Assembly (NCBI GenBank): GCA_963729625.1
Contig: CAVSOU010000008.1
Coordinates: 512,001-576,000 of the forward strand
DNA length: 64,000 nt
Origin: an uncultured bacterium
Lineage (GTDB): Bacteria; Chloroflexota; UBA5177; JANWHV01
Direction of reading: 5' to 3'
The notes beneath the pieces were generated by a model that was given only the letters and a program-made list of their open reading frames with translations, had not been told where the DNA came from and searched no databases. Positions 45,358-53,700 of the stretch are shown here, one piece after another (positions within the stretch are counted from its first letter, which is position 1; each line of letters starts with the position of its first letter). Made by a program: the position numbers and the translations under genes.

Positions 45358-46029
45358 TCAGGCCTTTATCTTGTATCCCACGCCACGAACCGTCTGAATC
45401 AACTGACGCTCATATCCTTCGTCCACCGCTTTGCGCAGGCGCCGTATGGTCGCGTCCACCACATTGGCAAACGAGCCGAAGCCGTAGTCCCACACGCGCT
45501 CCATAATCATTGTGCGGCTCAGGACCTGGCCGGGATGGCGCATGAGGTATTCCAGCAGTGCGAACTCTTTCGGCGAGAGCGGGATAAGGCTTCCGCCGCG
45601 GTAGACCTCGTGAGCCTGCCGGTCGAGCACGAGATCGCCAACTTCCAGACGATCGTCGTCCGCGCGCCGGCCATTGCGCCTGGTTATGGCGCGAAGACGC
45701 GCCAGGAGCTCTTCGAAGGCGAAAGGCTTCGTCAGGTAGTCGTCGGCGCCGGCATCAAATCCACGAAGCCGGTCGCGCAAGGCGTCACGCGCGGTCAGAA
45801 TCAGCACCGGGACCGTAGACTGGTCGGAGCGCAGCTGGCGCACGATCTCCAGCCCGTCGATGCCGGGCAGCATGACATCGACGATGAGCGCGTCATAGCT
45901 GCCGGTCTGCGCGCGCTCCAACCCGTCATTGCCGTCATACGCCACGTCGACGGTGTGGCGCTCTTGCGTCAGGCCCCGTCGCAAGAGATCGGCCAGCGAC
46001 TTATCGTCTTCTACAACTAAGGTGCGCAT
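45358..46029 (-). CDS. OmpR-family response regulator
   Basis: LVVEDD, DVMLPG, LTARD, DDYLTKPF, LSPKEF, IQTVRGVGY; GGAGG SD. Confidence 0.96.
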   Translation of the reverse strand: MRTLVVEDDKSLADLLRRGLTQERHTVDVAYDGNDGLERAQTGSYDALIVDVMLPGIDGLEIVRQLRSDQSTVPVLILTARDALRDRLRGFDAGADDYLTKPFAFEELLARLRAITRRNGRRADDDRLEVGDLVLDRQAHEVYRGGSLIPLSPKEFALLEYLMRHPGQVLSRTMIMERVWDYGFGSFANVVDATIRRLRKAVDEGYERQLIQTVRGVGYKIKA

Positions 46030-46088
46030 AGCATGAAATTCCTCCGGACATTTCTCTGGCGAGCATAGCAAACCAATATGATCGTTGC

Positions 46089-46159
46089 ATGACAATCTTG
46101 TCATCGAGCTGTCATAAATGGATCATGGTTGTGTCATAGAGGGGTCATGGGTTAGTCAT
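46089..46159. promoter_or_regulatory. Array of six 11-bp-phased GTCAT boxes plus one inverted copy
   Basis: GTCAT at 46100, 46111, (ATCAT) 46122, 46133, 46144, 46155; ATGAC at 46089. Confidence 0.85.
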
Positions 46160-46356
46160 CGAAAATAACTATGCTGGAAAGGTACCGATATACATGATGC
46201 ACGAGTGCCAACCGGCAGTTCGGCTGGTGGCATTCGACAGCATCCGGTGGGTTCAGCCACCGCTTGAAGCGAGCCTCGGCCCACGGCGTGTTCCTTACCC
46301 GTGAGCAGAGGCGCAGGCAACCTCAACTGAAAGGCTCAGGAGAAAGGGAAGTAATC

Positions 46357-47463
46357 ATGGCAAAGAGACTTACTACGCTCGCCGCGGCGACGCTGATCGT
46401 CGCGGGAGGCATCGGCGACCACATCCTTACGACTTCCACGTCCAATCAGCCCGCCGCGCTGGCGGCCGTGGCCGCGCAACAGGCTGCGGTGCAAGCCGCG
46501 CCGGCCGCTTCCACGTCGCTCGACGCCGCGACTGAACATGCCTACGCGGTTGCCAGCCCATCGGTTGTCTTTGTCAACAACGTCAATGTTGGCAGCGGCT
46601 CGGGCGTAATCTACGACAAGACCGGCGATATCGTCACCAATTACCACGTGGTTGCAAACGCCCAGACGATCACGGTTACGCTTTCCTCCGGCAAGACCTA
46701 CACCGGGCGCGTGGTCGGTAGCGATGTGAAGGATGACCTGGCGGTAATCCACATCGACGCCACGAACCTTCCTGCCGCGCACTTCGCCGGCGCGGGATCG
46801 TTCCGCGTGGCACAAATGGTCCTGGCAATCGGCAACCCGCTGGATCTTCAGCAGAGTGTGACATTCGGCCTGATCAGCGCGCTTGACCGCACGGTTTCGG
46901 AGTCCTCCAGCAGCGGCGCCTATCTGCCGGATGCCATTCAGACCTCTGCGCCGATTAACCCCGGCAATTCCGGTGGCGCGCTGGTCACGCTTGATGGAAC
47001 GGTCGTCGGCATTCCGACGCTTGAAGCCGTCGATCCTCAAAACAACAACGGTGGCGCGGCTCAGGGCATTGGGTTTGCCATCCCGAGCACACGAGTGACA
47101 ACCATTGCACATCAGATCATCGTCTATGGGCGTGTTGTTCACTCCGGACGCGCTTACCTCGGCGTGAGCACGACCGACAACAGCAGTGCGGGTGGTCTCT
47201 CAATCTTCGGCCAGCAACAGCAGCAGGGCAATACTCCCGGAGCGCTCGTGACCGATGTGGCCGCCGGCAGCCCAGCGGCGCAGGCCAGCCTGCAGCAGTA
47301 TGACGTGATCACGGCTGTGAACGGCAAGGCTATCGCCGGCAGCGACGATCTGCTCACCGCTCTCGCGCACGCCAAGCCGAGCCAGACAATCACCCTTACC
47401 GTCAACCGCAATGGACAGACCTCGGACCTCAAGGTGACACTCGGCGAGCTGACAGTTTCCTAA
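46357..47463 (+). CDS. htrA: HtrA/DegP-family serine protease with PDZ domain
   Basis: Signal/TM segment; TNYHV, DDLAV, IQTSAPINPGNSGG; C-terminal PDZ. Confidence 0.93.
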   Translation: MAKRLTTLAAATLIVAGGIGDHILTTSTSNQPAALAAVAAQQAAVQAAPAASTSLDAATEHAYAVASPSVVFVNNVNVGSGSGVIYDKTGDIVTNYHVVANAQTITVTLSSGKTYTGRVVGSDVKDDLAVIHIDATNLPAAHFAGAGSFRVAQMVLAIGNPLDLQQSVTFGLISALDRTVSESSSSGAYLPDAIQTSAPINPGNSGGALVTLDGTVVGIPTLEAVDPQNNNGGAAQGIGFAIPSTRVTTIAHQIIVYGRVVHSGRAYLGVSTTDNSSAGGLSIFGQQQQQGNTPGALVTDVAAGSPAAQASLQQYDVITAVNGKAIAGSDDLLTALAHAKPSQTITLTVNRNGQTSDLKVTLGELTVS

Positions 47464-47477
47464 CCCGCATTCCATCC

Positions 47478-47522
47478 GCGGCGCCCGCAGGGCAAACCCC
47501 ACCTTGTTCTTGCGGGCGCCGT
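47478..47522. terminator. GC-rich hairpin between convergent htrA and RHS genes
   Basis: GCGGCGCCCGCAGGGCAA...TTGTTCTTGCGGGCGCCGT inverted repeat. Confidence 0.6.
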
Positions 47523-47707
47523 ACCTCCTGAAGCTTCCACGCGACTATCCGCCCGTCGCGGTCACCGTCGACCTCGCGGTGTGTCTGTCAACTCGTTTGC
47601 AACAGAACACCAGTCCCCACTGCAGGAACGTGTGCTTTGGTTTCATGATCCACTCTCGTTGCCGTCTTTGACGTCGTGCTGCATCCCTGGCGGATAGACG
47701 GCACAGC

Positions 47708-50700
47708 TCACTGTGGATTGTCGTCGAGCGTCGAAGCTTCCAGGACCGTAAAAGCTAACGGAGCAAGGATCATCGCCTCTACCGTGCTCAAAGTCTTGAG
47801 CCCGCTGGACAGGGCCTTGGCGGTACTCACCACATCCTCGGCCGCCGAAACGCCGGCAATGGTGAGACCAAGGTCTGCCAGCTTGTTGCCCAGCACAAGA
47901 CTTGCGATGCCTATGGTGAAGTTGCTGTACGCATCGTTCCGGTAGTTCCCGTGCCTTGGTAACCCAGCCGTCCATTCGAGCGCAAGTGATTGGAAAACGA
48001 GGATCACTGAGACGGCCGGTAAGTTCAGACCGGTGGCCAGCAGCGTATCTCCCGCAGCGCTGGCTGTTATTCCTTTCGTGACTCCTGCGAGGTCGATCAG
48101 GCCGGTCAACAGCCCCGTAGAGACCTGGGAGCACAGGAGGTCTTCAAGACCTTGGGCCGAAGTGTTAGTAAACTTTGCCTTGCAGGCCGTCAGCTTGGTC
48201 AGGCTCTGCACCGCCCCCGGAACGTCCACCGTGCCATAGATAACGTCCACATCCTTGCTAACCGTATCGGTCTCGGCCCCGGCAGACTGTATTTTGGTAA
48301 TCGTGGAGCCTATGCTTAGCCCCTTCCCCAGCGCTGTCAGCGCTCCTCCAAGCCAGGTCGACGCGGTTGCGATTCGATCCACTACTTGCGCAACACTGAG
48401 GTCGGCCAGAGTGAAGTCCAAACCGCTGGGATCCACGAGACTTACCGGGTTATCCCGCGCATACAGATAGCGGTGCAAGGTTAATGGATCCTTGAGCGTG
48501 GGGTCCATTGGATCCTCGCTCAGGAAACGACCCTGCGTTGGGTCCATATAGCGCGCACGCAGATAGTACAGTCCCACTCCCGCGTCGAACTGCTGCCCGC
48601 CATAGAGAAAGGGGTTGGGCACCGTGCCGGTCGAGGCTAGCAGGTTGCCGAAAGCATCGTAACGGTAGCTGTTCTGCACCGTGCCCGCGCTGCCTGCCAG
48701 CAGCCGCGTATTCTGGTTGCCATCGTAGAGGTAGTAGGATAGTGCACCTGCGCCCTGGTCCATGCTGATGCGCTCGTTGCCGTAGACGTAGTCGACGGTC
48801 GGCCCGCCGCTCTGCGTGGTTTCCACTACCTGCGGCAGGCCGTCCAGCCCATTGGGGTCCACAAGGTAGGTGGTGATCGTTCCGCCCGTCGTGCTGGTGG
48901 TGCGATTGCCGTCGCCATCGTATGTGTAGCTGGTCGTGCTGCTACCGCTGCTCACGCTGAGCAGCTGGTTCTGGCTGTCGTAGCTGTAGCTGGTCGACAC
49001 GCTCCCGTTGGCACTGCTGAGCAGATTGCCGTCTGCATCGTAAGTTTCGGTGGTGGTGCCGCCTGGTCCGGTTTGGGATGTCATCTCGCCCCTGCTGTTG
49101 TAACGCGAGGTGGTGGTGCCAGTGTCGTCGACTCGCGTCAGACGATTGCCTGCCAGATCGTACGTGTAGGCGGTATTCGCCAGCGTCGTGCCACCGCGCG
49201 ACTGCTGCTCGTGGGTCAGCCGCCCATCGGCATCGTAGCTGTACGTGTAGGTAGCTAACGCGCCGGTTTGGTCGGTCTCTTGCACGCTGGTGCGCTGGCC
49301 CGCGGCATCGATGGTGTAGAGGTCCTGCCAGATCTGGACATTGCCCGGCCCGGTGGTAGTCAGGCTGACCAGCCTGTTCAGCTCGTCGTAGCTGTAGACG
49401 GTCGTCACCCCATTCGGCAGGGTGCGCTGGGCGAGATTGCCGCGGCTGTCATAGCCATAAGCGGTTGTGTGGTGCGCGGGGTCGACGACCTGGATCAGCC
49501 TGCCGGCGGCATCGTACTGGTAGCTCGTGGTGCCGGCTAGAGTGGTGAGGCTCGTGCGGCGACCGGCGCCGTCATACGTGTACTGCAGGGTGCTGCCGCC
49601 GGGCTCGGTGATCGTGGTAATGCGGCCCATCGTGTCGATGGCGTAGCTGGTGGTCTGGATGCTGCCGCCCTGCTGGTTGCCCATCGTCTTGCGCTGCCCG
49701 CCGGAGTAGTAGGTGTAGGTGACGGTGTGGTCCGGATAGGCGATCGTGCTCACCCGGTTCATGGTGTCGTAGCTATAGGTCGTTACCTGGCCGCGCGCGT
49801 TGGTGGTGGTGGCCAGATTGCCCGCCGCGTCGTAGGTGTAGCTCTTGGCCGCGCCATCGGGATACGTGGTGCCGGTCAGGTTATTGTTCAGGTCGTAGGA
49901 ATACTTCGTGACGTTGCCGACGTCGTCATTCTGGTAATTGAGGTTGCCGTTGGCATCGTAGCCATAGATTGCACCCTGATATAGTGGGTTCGTATTCGTG
50001 ATCGGGTCCCGGACCCGGGACAGGTTGCCGCTTGGGTCGTAGGCGTAGCTGGTGAGGCGACCAAGAGGATCCGTCACGCTGGCCAGCTGATTGACATTGG
50101 AATAGGTTTCGGCGGTGGTCACGGTCGTGGGCACGCCGCCGATCGTGACGGCCGTGCTGGTCCCGGTACGGTGATGGCCGGCATCGTAAGTGTAGGTGGT
50201 GACGTGGCCTGCCGGATCGGTCACCGTGGTGCGGTCGCCGGTCACCGGGTCATAGCCGTAGGAGATGCTGTTGCCTAGCGGGTCCGTTACCTTGGTCAGC
50301 CGGTTCGCGCTGTCGTAGCTGTACGTCGTGCTGTCCCCTGCGCCATCGGTGCTGCTGATCTTGCGGCCTGCTGCATCGTAGCCGACGCTCGTCTTGCTGC
50401 CGTCCGGGTAGTCGGTTTCAACCAGCCGGTTGTCGGCGTCATAGATGTACTGTGTGGTCCGGCCGTTCTGATCGATGCTGGCGACGAGATTCCCATTGGC
50501 GTCGTAGGCCTCGCCGGCGGTCGATCCGTCCGGGTAGACGGTCTGCACCAACTGCCCGAGCGCATCGTAGGAATAGCTGCTGGTGTTGCCGCGGGGGTCA
50601 GTAGTTGTCAGCAGCCGGCCCGCCGCGTCATACGTATTCGTGGTAACGCCGCCCTGCGGGTCGGTGGTCGTCAGCATGTTACCTGCCGCATCGTACGTGT

Positions 50701-53700
50701 AGGATGTGACGGCTGTCTTGCCTCCACCAACCAGCGTTGTGCTGGCGGTAACGCGACCCAGTGGATCGCGGGTGTAGGTCGTGCCTGCGTTATTTGGCCC
50801 GCTGTAGGTGTTGACGCCGGTTGCCACGTAGTTGAGAAACTGCGATGAGCCGTTAGGGTACGTCACGCCGCTTGGCACGGAATTACCCACGTAGGAGAAG
50901 TTCGTCGTGTTACCCATCGCGTCTTGCAGCGTAGCCGGGCTGCCGAAGCTGGTATACGTCAGCGTGCTCTGTGTCTTGCCGTTGAAGCTCTGGCTCAGCA
51001 GATGGTGCTGCGCGTCGTACTGATAGCTGGTGGTGTTGCCCAGCGGATCGGCGTCCTGCGTCAGGTCGCCGTTCGTGTTGTAGGCCATGCTCGTCGTATG
51101 ACCGAGCGGGTCGGTCGCCGTGAGCGGCTTGTGCGTGGTCGGGTCGTAGGTATAGCTGGTCGTGTTCCCCAGTGGATCGGTGGACTGGGTGACATCGCCG
51201 AAGTCGTCGAAGATGTTGGTAGTGTGGTTTCCGCGCGCATCGGTGATCACCTGCTGGTGCGTGTTCAGGTTCACGTTGAATGTGGTCGTCTTGCCGTTGA
51301 TGTCGGTGATACTCGTGAGCTGACCCTGAGCGTTGTAGAGTGCGGTGGCCGGGCTCCTGCCCGTTGGGTCGGTCTCGCCGAGTAGGTCGTGGTTGCTGTC
51401 GTAGTGGTAGGTGGTCACGCCGCCGTTCTCGTCGGTCACCGTGGCCAGGTCACCATTGGAATCGTAGCCATACAGGATCGTCTTGCCCGCCGGATCGGTG
51501 ATCTTGGTGATGCGGCCCTGGCTGTCGCGGCTGAACTGCACGGCAGGGCCGCGCGTGCTTGTCACGCCGCTGGATGCGTAGGTGAGCTTGTCGTTGCCGC
51601 CCGGCGTATCCACTTCGGTCAGGCCATCGGCCACGTTGGCGGTGATCTTGAACACGGTGCCGTCGGTGGTGGTCACTGCCAGCTTGGCTGGCGCATAGGG
51701 AGAGAAATTGTTGAAGAGGTCGAACCAGCACTGAGGAGCCGAAGTATCGACACCGGAAGCCAGCCCCGTGCTGGCGCCGTTGATGTCGGCCAGCGTCGCG
51801 CCTGTCGTCGGGTCGGGACTCCAGGCCGGCGCGAAGAGCTCGAAGCCGTCGATGTTCTGGCCCGTGTCGCCGGGATTGAAGTTGAAAGTCATGGGCTGAT
51901 TGGAGATCGGAAGCTGCACAGTGATGTTGCCCAGGCATGTGTCTTCGGTGGCGCTACCCGAGGCCGTTGCCTCCGTCCAGTTCACCCCGAAGTCGCCCTG
52001 GGTGCGCAGGAAGTTATCGAAGGAGCGATTGACCACGATGGGGATGCCGGTCACCGAGACCGAGAGATCGGGCACCGTGAACTGCAGGTTGCCGACCTTG
52101 AGCCGGCCCAGCACGCTGATAGTCGGGCCAGTGAAGGTGACGGTCTTGCCGTCGATGGCGCTGACCTGAAGTCGCAGCGTGTACTGGCCATCACGGAGGC
52201 TCGTGGTATCGAGTGTGCCAAGCGTGCCGTTGCTCACCGTGCTCGTGCCCGTGACGAAGGTGGTGAAGACGCTGCTGCCCAGGGATGCATAGGCGAGGGT
52301 AAAGCCCGCAAGCGTACCGCCGCTTACCCCGGCCGAGCCGATGATCGGCAGTTTGCCGCTGACCTGCTGTGCACTTGTCGGCGAGGTGATGGAAGCGGCG
52401 AGGTGCTCGTTGGGGTTCAAGGTCGCGCTGGGCGTAGCAGTGAGAGTGGGCGCAGCGGTGGCCGTTGGCGTGCTGGTTGGGGTACGGGTCCCGGTGGGAC
52501 TACTGGTCGGCGTGGATGTGTTTGCAGCGGTGCCGCTCGCGGTAGGCGTAGCGCTGGGGCTCAACGTGCCGGTAGGGGTATCGGAGGGCGTGAGCGTGCT
52601 GGTCGGCGTCCCAGTTGGCGTGACGCTCGGCGTATTTGTGCCGGTGCTGGTGGGTGTGGACGTGAGCGTGATAGTCGGGATCGGCGTGCTCGTCGGCACG
52701 AAGCTGGGCGCCACGTCGGGGCCGCTGAAGGCAATGGAGCTTGCGGTGAAGAACGACCCGATACTCGTGGAGATGAAGACCGCGCCGGTTTGGCCGGGTG
52801 CCGGCAGCGGCGCCCCAGTCGTCCCATCAAAGCGGTCGACCTTGGTCGAGGCAAATGTGTCGACGTACAGGTTCCCATCGGGCCCGAATGCCAGGCTTTC
52901 CGCCTGAACGACGCTGCTCGTATCGACAAAGATGGCGCCGCTCTTGCCCGGAGCAGGCAGCGGATCGCCGGTCGTGCCGCTGTAGCGCAGCACCGCAGAG
53001 AGGTCAAAATCGCTCACGTAGAGATTGCCGTCCAATCCTACGGCGATCCCGCCCGTGGCCAGCAATCCACCGCTGCCGCGCGGCACGAACACGGCTCCGC
53101 TTTGCCCGGCCGCCGGCAGCGGCGCACCGGTCGTGCCATCGTAACGACGAATCACGTTGTCGCCGAAATCGGTGATGTAGAGATTGTCATCGCGCCCAAA
53201 GACGAGATCGTAGGGGCTGGCAAGGCCACCGCTGCCGGCCGGAACGAACGTGGCGCCGCTCTGGCCGGGCGCGGGCAGCGGCACGCCGGTGCTACCCTTG
53301 AAGCGGTATACGGCGCCCCCCGACGGATCGAGGAGGAAGAGGTTGCCGTCCGGGCCGAACACGATGTGCCCCGGATTCACGCTCAGGGCGCTGCTCCCGG
53401 CCGCCACGAAGGTCGAGCCGTACTGGCCGGGCGCGGGCAGCGGGCTCAGCGTGGCGCCGTCGAAGCGGAGCACCGGATCGCCCGAGCCGCCGGCGTTGCT
53501 TAGGTAGAGGTTGCCGTCCGGTCCCACGATGGCGTCGAGCGGGATGCCGAGGTCCACGGCGCCGGTCGAGAGCAGCGTGTCGATGGGATTGCCGGCAACC
53601 CCGTCGTAACGCCGCACGCTCCCGTGTGAGAGGGTATCGGCATTCACTTCGATAAGTGCGTCCCATGGCACGGTCACCGGGTTCGAGGTGACGGCACCGC

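Noticed and set aside
46089-46159. CRISPR array
   Set aside because: 5-bp cores at an 11-bp period are far too short; no CRISPR-like repeat-spacer array or cas gene was seen anywhere in the window.
47643-48134. Overlapping minus ORF as an RHS immunity gene
   Set aside because: It lies almost wholly inside the RHS tail in another frame, with non-protein-like composition; the non-overlapping part is only ~20 codons.
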